From: a virus
DNA: 64,000 nt
Strand: one strand, 5' to 3'
Virus record (IMG/VR): IMGVR_UViG_3300025005_000002
Span: 64,001-128,000 of that record
A program made the position numbers and the translations under genes. Position 1 is the stretch's first letter; each line of letters opens with the position of its first letter. Below are positions 49,677 through 58,947 of the stretch, in pieces. The notes under the pieces were generated by a model. It searched no databases. It had not been told where the DNA came from and saw nothing but the letters and a program-made list of their open reading frames with translations.

Positions 49677-50036
49677 GTGCTGGTATTTGTGTTGTTAATT
49701 TTATATCTGTCTGTACTTCCAGTGTTTGCAGTTACCAATACTGTATCTTGGGACCCAGTCACCACATATACTGATAATACTTTAGTAGAACCGTCAAAAT
49801 TACCTGTTACATATATTGTGAAGATGGATGATGTGGTTATTTGTACTACTTTTAATACTTCGTGTACTTTTGAGCATGTTAATGCTGATCAAGACCATTG
49901 GTTCACTGCTATGGCGAGGTTGGTGACTTTAGAGGAATCGGCGTGGAGTCCAGATTATCTGTGGCATTGTCCACCTGCTGGTATCCCATCAACTACTCCA
50001 GCGGAGCCTATCATTCTTCAAATAAAACGACCATAA
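49677..50036 (+). CDS. Secreted fibronectin-type-III-like protein
   Basis: Signal peptide (..PVFA|VT), VSWDPVTTYTDNT motif, FTAMAR..ESAWS FN3-like ending. Confidence 0.65.
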   Translation: MLVFVLLILYLSVLPVFAVTNTVSWDPVTTYTDNTLVEPSKLPVTYIVKMDDVVICTTFNTSCTFEHVNADQDHWFTAMARLVTLEESAWSPDYLWHCPPAGIPSTTPAEPIILQIKRP

Positions 50037-50066
50037 TATATATTATTTGTTAGTAGCTCATTATCT

Positions 50067-50654
50067 ATGAGATATATACATATATTGTTAATGTACTCAA
50101 TATTGGCAATGGGATGGTTTATACTGCCAAATTGTGGAAATGGAGGAGGTGGTAATACTCCAATTGATAATAGTGTGCCTATAGATAATATATGTATAAT
50201 AGAGTTTACTCAAACTCCAGTGTATTCTGATAATACATTAATGAGTAGTACACCAGATAGAGAGATATCTGGGTATTATTTGTATGTGTGTCATATTATT
50301 AGCGGAGTCCCAGGAAATATGGTATGGATTGCAGAGATTAATAATCCACTAAAATGGGAAAAGGATGCGTGGAGAGGATCATGGGACATCAGGAATCTCT
50401 TATATGATAACACTAGTCTAATTTATGGAACTAGTCCAGACGGATTAACAGCATTTTCTTTAAAAGCTGTGTCTATTAGAGTAGATGAAAAAGGCAATCC
50501 ATTTGTTTCAGATTTTAGTGTACCATGGGTTTATAGTATAACACCATACCCATTAGATAATCAAACTTTACATGAAGGAGATATTTATGCGACGGATATT
50601 AATGGTAGTGGCCCTATTAATATGGACTTTGGGATTGGGGGTAACAATAAGTAA
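50067..50654 (+). CDS. Putative lipoprotein with FN3-like domain
   Basis: Hydrophobic leader then CGNGGGG; VYSDNTL..ISGYYLY..SLKAV..SDFS. Confidence 0.6.
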   Translation: MRYIHILLMYSILAMGWFILPNCGNGGGGNTPIDNSVPIDNICIIEFTQTPVYSDNTLMSSTPDREISGYYLYVCHIISGVPGNMVWIAEINNPLKWEKDAWRGSWDIRNLLYDNTSLIYGTSPDGLTAFSLKAVSIRVDEKGNPFVSDFSVPWVYSITPYPLDNQTLHEGDIYATDINGSGPINMDFGIGGNNK

Positions 50655-50979
50655 TGCAGAAACTTTTCCCGTTGTTGTAGCGTCCATATATAATGATAAT
50701 ACTTCGTGTGGTACTACTGCTATGACTGTGAAGGTTTATCAAGGGACATGTAAATCTGGTGTTGTGTTTGCTACCGGGCCTGCGTCTTGTGGTACAACTA
50801 GTAATATTACCAATGGTAGTTTAATAGCGTGCGGTACTGGGTCACATAATTATTATGCCACCGCTACTGTTGCTGCTGGCGGGACAGAAGGTGATTGTTC
50901 TGGAGTCAAAGCATACGCGCCACCAGCGTGTTCAGCTACACCAGCTGCTCCATCTATTGGGAATATTATAAGGAAATAA
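50587..50979 (+). CDS. Secreted FN3-like protein
   Basis: aaggag RBS + ATG 50587, signal peptide (SNA|ET), IYNDNT..YYATATV..EGDCS. Confidence 0.6.
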   Translation: MRRILMVVALLIWTLGLGVTISNAETFPVVVASIYNDNTSCGTTAMTVKVYQGTCKSGVVFATGPASCGTTSNITNGSLIACGTGSHNYYATATVAAGGTEGDCSGVKAYAPPACSATPAAPSIGNIIRK

Positions 50980-51269
50980 TGGCTGATACGTCAAATAATC
51001 CTTGGTATCCATCGCCAGAATTTCTGGCTCAAGCAGGGCATGTGTTGCTTGGTATGCTTGCTGTGCTAGCACCACGTGCCCTGTGGGATGGATGGATGCC
51101 AGCCGCTGCTGGTACAGCAATGGTTTATATTTATATGTTGGTTAAAGAATTTTCATATGATATTTATATAGAGAAAGAAACTGTTGCTATTGGGTGGAAG
51201 GATATTGCGTATTTATCGGTTGGTACTATTACTAGTTGGGGATTGTTAATATATTTAGGACGTCTATAA
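50979..51269 (+). CDS. Small multi-pass membrane protein
   Basis: Three hydrophobic segments; TAATG coupling. Confidence 0.6.
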   Translation: MADTSNNPWYPSPEFLAQAGHVLLGMLAVLAPRALWDGWMPAAAGTAMVYIYMLVKEFSYDIYIEKETVAIGWKDIAYLSVGTITSWGLLIYLGRL

Positions 51270-51300
51270 TCTTATTTATCTTTTACGGCGGTAATTTTAT

Positions 51301-51403
51301 AGCGGGGTTGCCAAGTGGCTAAGGCGCTGGCCCCATAAGCTAGTCATCGCAAAAGAAATGCGGGCGAATCGGCCAAAGTGCAGATGCCAGCCTCATAAGC
51401 TGG
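51301..51403 (+). pseudogene. Two degenerate tRNA(CAU)-like copies retaining anticodon arms
   Basis: ctggc-cccataa-gctag (51327-51343) with an intact 5' acceptor strand and D arm; ccagc-ctcataa-gctgg (51387-51403). Neither has a proper T arm or 3' acceptor strand. Confidence 0.75.
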
Positions 51404-51424
51404 ATAGGTGGGTGGTAATAAAAT

Positions 51425-51499
51425 TGCGGGGTCGCCAAGTGGTAAGGCACTAGCCTCATAAGCTAGTTATCGAGCGTTCGAATCGCTCCCCCGCAACCA
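51425..51499 (+). tRNA. tRNA with CAU anticodon (Met; Ile2 not excluded)
   Basis: tgcgggg/ccccgca acceptor, gcc-aagtggtaa-ggc D arm, ctagc-ctcataa-gctag, gagcg-ttcgaat-cgctc, ACCA end. Confidence 0.93.
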
Positions 51500-51517
51500 A
51501 ATATAGTGGGGTGAATT

Positions 51518-51978
51518 ATGAAAGAAAGGTACAAGAAGTCTAATGAAACAAAATACAAACAATTAGGTGTCCATGCAAGTACTGCTAGATATCAATTGAC
51601 CAAGATAATGTTGTTGCATTACGCCAAGGAATGTGGGGAAGATAAATGTTATAGATGTGGCTTACCAATAGAATCGCCAAATGATTTAAGTATTGATCAT
51701 AAAATACCGTGGTTACATAATAGCAAAGAATTGTTTTTTGATATAAATAATATCGCATGGTCACACAAGAAATGTAACAAAACCGACAGAACTGGGCGCA
51801 AACAAAGTAAAGAGGGATATTCATGGTGTATGACTTGCAAAAAGAATTAAAATTAGAGGCATTTAATAAAAAAGCAACACGTTGGAATGGTGTAGATTTT
51901 GAATGTAAGGTGTGTAAATCTAAAAGAATGAAAGAATTTCAACCAAGAAGAAAAGATAGAGGTAAAATATTTAAATAA
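51518..51978 (+). pseudogene. HNH endonuclease frameshifted before its C-terminal Zn finger
   Basis: CYRC..SIDHKIPW..NNIAWSH..CN. One A added at the A5 run 51839-51843 gives CMTCKKELKLEAF..NGVDFECKVC. Confidence 0.75.
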
Positions 51979-51995
51979 TTATCGAAGGAGGTAAT

Positions 51996-52593
51996 TTGTC
52001 TGCCCAATTAGAGTTTATAGATGCGCAACATTTTTTACTTGCTTTTCATGAGATGGTTGGTATGATGGCCGATGATAGACCCGGTGATAATGATCCAATA
52101 TTTGCATGGGTAACATTTAATTCCTGTGTGAAATTATTAAATATTCTTGGTGCTGTTGATGGCAATATGTTAAAATTAATACTTAAAATTAAAAGACCAA
52201 CAAATGATGATGAGGATGATCAAGAAAAATATTTGCGTAAAATGTATGATATAAGTGAAAAAATGTTAAATTTAGTTGGATGGCCACAAGATATAAGTGT
52301 GGAGGAGTGAGATTATGAATGTGGGGTTATTTCTTAAAAAATATTATAAATTAATTGAGGATATTAATTCAGCTGATGTGGATAGTGTAGACGCATTTTA
52401 TACAAAGGTGTATACCGAAGTATTTGATTATATGGCTGACTATTATAATTTTATAACTGAATATTCAGATGAAACAGAAGGTGACCACGCCATACAAGCA
52501 ATGCATAGGTTAATAAGGAAATTAAATTTGCCAGTGAAGGAATTTAAGGTTCCAAGTTTGGCACTTCACATTTTTTATAATGAGGGTATATAA
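51996..52593 (+). other. Two hypothetical ORFs (51996-52310, 52297-52593)
   Basis: Coupled ORFs with RBS. Confidence 0.6.
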
Positions 52594-52640
52594 TTTTGTT
52601 TCAAGAAATGTTAAATTTGAGAATAATGGGGGTGGTCGGC

Positions 52641-53154
52641 ATGATTTATCTAATTGCTGACACGCATTTTCGGTCACTTTAACATTATTAGGTATTGTGG
52701 TAGGCCTTTTGCATCTGTTGATGAGATGAATGGGAGGATGGTTCATAATTGGAATTCAGTCGTTACTCCAGAAGATACTGTGTATCATTTGGGAGATTTT
52801 TCTTTAGGATCTGCTGAATTGGTTAGGAACTATCGATATAGATTGGTAGGTAATATTGAATTAATATTTGGTAATCATGATCATAGATCTATTGGGTTTT
52901 GGGATAAATTGGGTATTAAGGCTCATAAAAAACCAATAATTGTTGATGGTATGTTATTTAGTCATGCCCCAATAATGCACCCAGAATTGCCAAATGTTCA
53001 TGGGCATACACACCAGAATAATACTAATATTGAGGGTACCCATATATGTGTGTCTGTGGAGCAAATTGATTACACACCAATTTCTCTCGATAAGGTTAAA
53101 GAAAGGATAGCTCATGCGCAGCAAATGGTTGTGGATGTCGAGGATACAGGATAA
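52641..53154 (+). CDS. Phage-type calcineurin-like phosphoesterase (apparent +1 frameshift in motif I)
   Basis: ATG 52641 gives MIYLIADTHF; removing one T at 52667-52670 joins it to GHFNII..HLGDFS..GNHD..SHAP..HGHTH. Confidence 0.85.
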
Positions 53155-53287
53155 GTTATCAGTAGCAGATATTAGTGTATTTGACGTTGCAATGTATTTC
53201 CCGGAGTCAATAAATATAGCACAAAGAATCTGGGTATTAAATCGTTATATTGGTGCGATGAAAGATCGCCCAGAATTTAATAAGTAG

Positions 53288-53338
53288 TGCCCCGCCTCTA
53301 CCAGAATATCGGTAGGGGCGGGCATTTCATCTGTTTTT
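53288..53338 (+). terminator. Putative intrinsic terminator
   Basis: 14-bp GC-rich stem tgccccgcctctacc/ggtaggggcgggca (one bulge, 8-nt loop) followed by tttcatctgttttt. Confidence 0.55.
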
Positions 53339-53350
53339 GGGGTAAATTGT

Positions 53351-54037
53351 ATGATTGTGATGTCTAGACAAGCAAGGGTCCTTCTGTCTAAAATTCAAGA
53401 ACAATGTCCTATGGTTCAGTATGAGGTAACAGATGTAGAATGGTATGCACATAGTTTTACGATTTCGTTGTTATGCAGTTGGTGGAAGGTAAAAAAGAAG
53501 ATTGAAGGTGGTGTTGGCGATACCCATACATGGTATCTCCCAGTAGTAGGATCGCAGGATTATATTTCATTAGTCGGGCATATAATTAGATTAGGTGGGA
53601 AGATTAAGCAAGCAAATTTGGATTGGTCAAATAACCACAGGCAAGTGTATCATTATCTATGTGCGAATATTTTAACATGTGATTTTAATCTTAATGAATT
53701 ACGTACTATTTTAGATATTGGATCAGAATTTAATATCCAAGATGTACAACAGGCAGCAGATAAAACACGTGGTGTAACTGGTGGTGATAATATATCTTAC
53801 CTTTTGGCGGTATTACAACGTAATAAGCAAGCCAAAGATATAAAGGCGCAGAGGGTATCAGAAGCGATAAATTTATCCCAAAGGTGTTTGAAGAAGATAA
53901 GTTCAAAGCGTAGTGGTGCATTAGATGTTACGTTAATGAAAATATCATTTTCAGATGCTAGGGAAACTCAAGAAGTGATGAGGAGAATGAATGCAATTCA
54001 GAGATCTTTCGGGAGCAATAGAGTTAGTAAAAAGTAA
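53351..54037 (+). CDS. Hypothetical replication protein (possible DnaD-like loader/initiator domain)
   Basis: DVQQAADK..G.DNISYLLAVL resembles the DnaD-domain N-x-x-Y-x-x-x-I/V-L motif; lies directly before the primase-helicase. Confidence 0.4.
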   Translation: MIVMSRQARVLLSKIQEQCPMVQYEVTDVEWYAHSFTISLLCSWWKVKKKIEGGVGDTHTWYLPVVGSQDYISLVGHIIRLGGKIKQANLDWSNNHRQVYHYLCANILTCDFNLNELRTILDIGSEFNIQDVQQAADKTRGVTGGDNISYLLAVLQRNKQAKDIKAQRVSEAINLSQRCLKKISSKRSGALDVTLMKISFSDARETQEVMRRMNAIQRSFGSNRVSKK

Positions 54038-56630
54038 GATAAGCCTTTTAGATTTAGTCAAACAACATACTGGTGAAGAAGGTAAAATCCAAGGTTTGAA
54101 TATTAGTTTCGCATGTCCGTTCCATGCTGAGCATGACCCATCATTCAAGGTAAATATAGCAGGTGAAATACACGAACATTTCTTTTATTGTTTTGGGTGT
54201 AAGCGTGGCGGTAGTATTATTGATTTTATTCAGTTTGCAGAAGGTATAGAAGTAGTTGAGGCCACTCAGCTACTAGCAGAACGCCACGGTGTTGATCTCA
54301 CTCCCTTCCTAGATGATTCGCAAGATCCCCGCCGATCTTTCTTAGCAAAAATCAATCAAGCAGTTGTTGATGTATGCCATGAAGCACTACTCGGGAATCT
54401 AGGTGCTTCATCTGTATTTATGATAGAGAGCCGGAAAATAGATATTGAGACCCTAAAGCTATTTAAAATTGGTTACACGGTGTCTACACAGTGGTTGCAT
54501 GAGAGTATAACCAAAAAATTAGGTGTAACTATCTCATATTCAGATTTAAAGGATATTGACCTATGTAATCCAATGATGTGGGATAATGCGATTGTGTTCC
54601 CAGTGTTTAGTAGTAGTGGGCACGCAACACACTTCTATACTAGGCCATTTTCTGGTAGTGTAAAATATGTTGGGACATCGTCAAATTCTCAGTTATATAG
54701 TGAAGATTCAATATATGGGTTACATATAGCTAGGAAATCGTTACGAGAAAATGGTTATAAATTGAATGTTGTAGAAGGCCAAATTGATCTGTTGCAGATG
54801 TATTCACATGGGTTTAAGAATACTGTTGCGGCTTGTGGCTTATCCAAATATACATCGTCGGTATTTATTAATGCGATTTCCAAATATAAAGTGAATGAGG
54901 TGGTGCTTATACCAGATGGAGATGAGCCTGGTAAACGAGAATTGATTAAGATTGCAGAAGATTTTACTGTTTATGGTAATATATTTGTGTCTTTTGTTGT
55001 TTTGCAAAACGGAGACCCAGATGAAATACTTAAAGAATTTGGTGCATCTGGGATTAATAATTATATTGTCAATAATATACATCCCATACATTTTTATATT
55101 GATAATGCTTACAACACGAATGCTGGGCTTTCGGATGAAATAAAATTTCTTGATGTGGTATGTAAGTATATTAATAAATTTAGTACTGTTTATCGTGAGA
55201 TGGCATCTAAACATATAGAAATTAAGTATGGTATACATGATGCATTAGATTATTTTATTACCTACTCGTTAAATCCTAGAGATATTCATGACAAAGAATC
55301 AGAAGCAACCATTATTAAATTAATGGTAGAAGACAAAGAATTTGCTTATACTGTACGACATGAAATCGGTGAGCATGAATTTTATGTGCGCAATAATGCA
55401 GATATCTATAAAACTATCTGTGCTTGTTTGACTAAATATGGTACAGTTTCAGAAGAAATTTTAATTAGTGTACTTAAAAAACCACTCCAACAGTACTGGG
55501 GTACGTTGCAGAAACACAATCTTGATATAGAATTTTGTATTCAGCAAGTTAAAGAATTATTTATGAGACGTAGTGCTAGCAAGGTAGCGGTTAGATTGTT
55601 GGCAGAGTCCATGGATATAGATAAATCGGTAGATGTGATTATGCAGGAACATCGTGCAGCAATAGTAGAGATTAATGATCGTCGTAATACGATGGTAACA
55701 TCATCAACGCAAGATTTGGCGGATCGGTTTTCAGAGTTATACATAGAACGTGCTCAGTCTGGTAAGACTATTTTAGGTACGCCACTTAGTAATAGGTGGG
55801 CCACACTCAATACAGCATGGTCTGGGTTGGAGCTTGGGTATGTCCATATGGTGGCTGCTCATACTGGTGTGGGGAAGACTTCGGTGGCGGTTAATTGGTT
55901 TAATGATGTAATTACACTATCTCAGGAACCAGCATTGTTTATATCGGCAGAAATGTCTAGGGATGACATTTGGACAAGGATGATGTCTATACATTGTGGG
56001 TTATCAAATACAATGATTAGACTTGGTAAATACCCACCAAGTTCTGTTGAATGGGAAAAGATGATGGAATCGTTTAAGGTTTTACGTGCAGCGCCAGGGT
56101 ATGTTATTGTGCCGAATAATTTTACAATATCAGAGATTATGGGTATAATAGAATACCACAGACTTAAATTTGGATGTAAACATGTATTTATTGATTATGT
56201 CCAATTAATTAAGGCTGATAATAGAGCTGGTAAGAAGTGGGAAGTTCTTGATGTAGCTAGTTCATTATTACAGAATAGGGCCATGAGTTCACGAGATCCA
56301 ATATGTATTGTCACAGTAGCACAACAGAATAAAGATAAATCTGAGATATTCGGGTCGGTTGAAGGTGTCGGTGGTGCGTATAAGCTAAGCCAAGATGCCG
56401 CGAAGGTGGTAATTTTAACTGAGAAATCTAATGAAGAGATTAATAGATTTGGTGGGAAACGTGGGAATATTACAATGAACATAGATAAAGTACGTATGGG
56501 CCCGTCTGGGATTATTGTAGATATAATGTATGATAAAGATCCCAATTTGGGATCACTTAAGGCTGGTGAAGCAGCCAATTGGGATGGGGAGATCAATCTT
56601 AATATAGAGATTGTGCCTGTCTATACCTAG
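53991..56630 (+). CDS. DnaG-type primase / DnaB-type helicase fusion
   Basis: CPFHAEHDPSF..FYCFGC Zn finger; TOPRIM VVEGQID, PDGDEPG and GDPDE; helicase AAHTGVGKT, FISAEM, IDYVQL, SQDA and KVRMGP. Confidence 0.95.
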   Translation: MQFRDLSGAIELVKSKISLLDLVKQHTGEEGKIQGLNISFACPFHAEHDPSFKVNIAGEIHEHFFYCFGCKRGGSIIDFIQFAEGIEVVEATQLLAERHGVDLTPFLDDSQDPRRSFLAKINQAVVDVCHEALLGNLGASSVFMIESRKIDIETLKLFKIGYTVSTQWLHESITKKLGVTISYSDLKDIDLCNPMMWDNAIVFPVFSSSGHATHFYTRPFSGSVKYVGTSSNSQLYSEDSIYGLHIARKSLRENGYKLNVVEGQIDLLQMYSHGFKNTVAACGLSKYTSSVFINAISKYKVNEVVLIPDGDEPGKRELIKIAEDFTVYGNIFVSFVVLQNGDPDEILKEFGASGINNYIVNNIHPIHFYIDNAYNTNAGLSDEIKFLDVVCKYINKFSTVYREMASKHIEIKYGIHDALDYFITYSLNPRDIHDKESEATIIKLMVEDKEFAYTVRHEIGEHEFYVRNNADIYKTICACLTKYGTVSEEILISVLKKPLQQYWGTLQKHNLDIEFCIQQVKELFMRRSASKVAVRLLAESMDIDKSVDVIMQEHRAAIVEINDRRNTMVTSSTQDLADRFSELYIERAQSGKTILGTPLSNRWATLNTAWSGLELGYVHMVAAHTGVGKTSVAVNWFNDVITLSQEPALFISAEMSRDDIWTRMMSIHCGLSNTMIRLGKYPPSSVEWEKMMESFKVLRAAPGYVIVPNNFTISEIMGIIEYHRLKFGCKHVFIDYVQLIKADNRAGKKWEVLDVASSLLQNRAMSSRDPICIVTVAQQNKDKSEIFGSVEGVGGAYKLSQDAAKVVILTEKSNEEINRFGGKRGNITMNIDKVRMGPSGIIVDIMYDKDPNLGSLKAGEAANWDGEINLNIEIVPVYT

Positions 56631-56667
56631 GTTACTTAATGATATAGTTAATACGATAAATTAGTAT

Positions 56668-57387
56668 ATGAAGACATGTACAAAATGTGGGATTAAGAAA
56701 TCAAACTTTGGTAAAGATAAAAGAGCAACAGATGGATTACAATCACAATGTAGTGAGTGTAAGAATCAAGGAATATTTAAATATAGGAAGGCATCTGATT
56801 GGGCTAATAAGGCATACAAAAAGAAGTTAATAAAAATATGTTCAAAATGTGGCGTGAAAAATCCTATATGTGGTTTTGGTAAGGATAGAAGGGCATCAGA
56901 TGGGTTAGAATCAGAATGTAAAGAATGTAAGTCTAAAAGAAATATTGAGTATGAAAAGACGCCAAGATGTAAAGAAAAAAGACAGCGAAGAGATAAAGTT
57001 AAAAGGAGCGAATGCAGTAAAAGACATTATCAAAATAATATAGATCGTTATAGAAAGTGTAACGAGATGAGATACAACAAAAACAAAGAAGAGATATCAG
57101 AAAAACGAAAAATAACAAATAAATTATTAAAATTTGAGGTTATGTCCCATTATTCTATTATTATTGGTGTGCCGATATGTGCGCATAAATATTGTCAAAT
57201 TACTGACATTGATATGCTTTGTATTGACCACATTAATAATAATGGGAATAAACATAGAAAAGAAGAGGGTATTACTGGTGGAGTAAAATTGTATAAATGG
57301 TTAATCGATAATAACTATCCTACTGAGTTTCAAGTATTATGTTGGAACCACAATATGAAAAAATACATGGAGTTAATAAACAAATGA
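56668..57387 (+). CDS. HNH-like homing endonuclease with duplicated Zn finger
   Basis: Two CxxC..FGKD.RA.DGL.S.C.EC repeats; LCIDHINNNG..FQVLCWNHN. Confidence 0.85.
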   Translation: MKTCTKCGIKKSNFGKDKRATDGLQSQCSECKNQGIFKYRKASDWANKAYKKKLIKICSKCGVKNPICGFGKDRRASDGLESECKECKSKRNIEYEKTPRCKEKRQRRDKVKRSECSKRHYQNNIDRYRKCNEMRYNKNKEEISEKRKITNKLLKFEVMSHYSIIIGVPICAHKYCQITDIDMLCIDHINNNGNKHRKEEGITGGVKLYKWLIDNNYPTEFQVLCWNHNMKKYMELINK

Positions 57388-57944
57388 ACAAATTTAAAAA
57401 GCTTCTCTGGGTTATTGGCCCTGCTGGAAGTGGTAAGACCACTATTTCAAAACAAATTGCCAGTATAGTAGGAGTAGAATTTATAAGTTCTGGAGACATA
57501 GTAAGAAGCTTGGCAGATGCTCATAAAGACCTGGCCAATGGTGACCTTTATTATAATGATGATGCAATTATGGGGGTCATAAATGATAGAATTAACACTA
57601 CGTCTAGTCAGATTATTATTGTTGATGGGGTCCCAAGAACTAGTGGACAAGTCAGATGGATTAACGAAAACATGTCGAAATATTTATGGAGCGTGGTATA
57701 TATTGACGCGCCTACGATTAAAAGAATCAAACGACTTATTAAAAGAGGTCGTGACGATTACGACAGTCACGATATAATATTAAAAAGGGTCTCTAAGGAC
57801 GAGGATAATATGAAATATATTGCCAATATGTGCCTTGAAGTGTTGGCCCCTAGTAAGATAAGATTTATTGATTCGATTATAGATGGGGATACTTCATTAG
57901 AGGTCGATAGATTGCTTACATTACTTAGTACGATGGAGGGATAA
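57384..57944 (+). CDS. Nucleoside monophosphate kinase (adenylate-kinase-like)
   Basis: GPAGSGKTT, ISSGDIVR, VDGVPRT..Q and KRGRDD. Confidence 0.85.
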   Translation: MNKFKKLLWVIGPAGSGKTTISKQIASIVGVEFISSGDIVRSLADAHKDLANGDLYYNDDAIMGVINDRINTTSSQIIIVDGVPRTSGQVRWINENMSKYLWSVVYIDAPTIKRIKRLIKRGRDDYDSHDIILKRVSKDEDNMKYIANMCLEVLAPSKIRFIDSIIDGDTSLEVDRLLTLLSTMEG

Positions 57945-58427
57945 ATGGGAGTGTCGCTTTATTTAGCTGGTCCTGTTGATTTTAATGAAAGGACTTATTA
58001 TGATATCATAGATGGGCTTATCGTTGACGATGTTCCAGTTATTTTGTTTAGGCCTGGGATGGCGTTTAAGGTTAGAGGAGAAGCAGATCCAAAATATCTA
58101 GTTGATGTTAATATGGAAGCTATGATGCGTTCAGATATTGTGGTATTTTATTTGAATGCTTCAAAAACGTGTGGGATGTGGATGGAGTCTATCTGGGCAT
58201 TAAATAATAAAAAACGTATGATATTTTATGCAGAGCCTGGGGTTCGCTTGTCTTTATATACAAGATGGTTAGTTGGTCAGGTTCATTCTGAATGGATTAC
58301 TGATATTGAGGAATTTGGAAAGGCTTTAAATAAACAAATTTCTCAGGTATATAGAAGTAGATTATTAGGTAATATCTTTGATGTATTACCTTTAGATGAT
58401 ACAGTTACTTTATTGGAGGAGGGATAG
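57945..58427 (+). CDS. Nucleoside 2'-deoxyribosyltransferase-like / dNMP N-glycosidase family protein
   Basis: YLAGP start, DVNMEAMMRSDIVV, CGMWMES (catalytic Glu position), KRMIFY. Confidence 0.7.
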   Translation: MGVSLYLAGPVDFNERTYYDIIDGLIVDDVPVILFRPGMAFKVRGEADPKYLVDVNMEAMMRSDIVVFYLNASKTCGMWMESIWALNNKKRMIFYAEPGVRLSLYTRWLVGQVHSEWITDIEEFGKALNKQISQVYRSRLLGNIFDVLPLDDTVTLLEEG

Positions 58428-58428
58428 G

Positions 58429-58893
58429 ATGAGTGATCGTTTATTGGTGAAGGTATTGGAAGATGCACCATTTAAACCACCCGAGTTGAGACCAGCAAAG
58501 CCCGGGGATGTTGGTTTAGATTTAGCTGTGTGTATTAAGGAAGACCAGATGGTTATTTCTGCTGGGCAAATTATAGATATCCCATGTGGGATAGCGGTAA
58601 AATTGCCCTGGGGAACTTGGGCTGGTATCAAGTCGCGTTCGTCTACTTTTGCTAAGAAGAAATTGTTAGTAATTGAGGGGGTAATTGATGAAGATTATAC
58701 TGGAGAGCTTAAAGTATTCATTCTTAACCCAAACAAATATGACGTTGTGATTAAAAGGGGTGAAAGGTTGGCCCAATTAATAGTATACCCAAAAGTCTCA
58801 TTTAATGTGACTTATGTTGATGTATTGCCAAAGACAGAAAGAGGAGATAGTGGCTTTGGGAGTACTGGCGGGTTTGTGGGTGATTTAGTATGA
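58429..58893 (+). CDS. dut: Trimeric dUTPase
   Basis: GDVGLDL, KSRSS, GVIDEDYTGE, RLAQL and RGDSGFGSTG. Confidence 0.95.
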   Translation: MSDRLLVKVLEDAPFKPPELRPAKPGDVGLDLAVCIKEDQMVISAGQIIDIPCGIAVKLPWGTWAGIKSRSSTFAKKKLLVIEGVIDEDYTGELKVFILNPNKYDVVIKRGERLAQLIVYPKVSFNVTYVDVLPKTERGDSGFGSTGGFVGDLV

Positions 58894-58947
58894 GTAGGGT
58901 GTCTTCAATAGGATTAGACCGTCTAAATAGATCTAGGGGGATATAGA

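Noticed and set aside
51425-51499. Initiator tRNA-fMet call
   Set aside because: It has a paired U1-A72 and lacks the three consecutive G-C pairs in the anticodon stem; left as Met/Ile2 unresolved.
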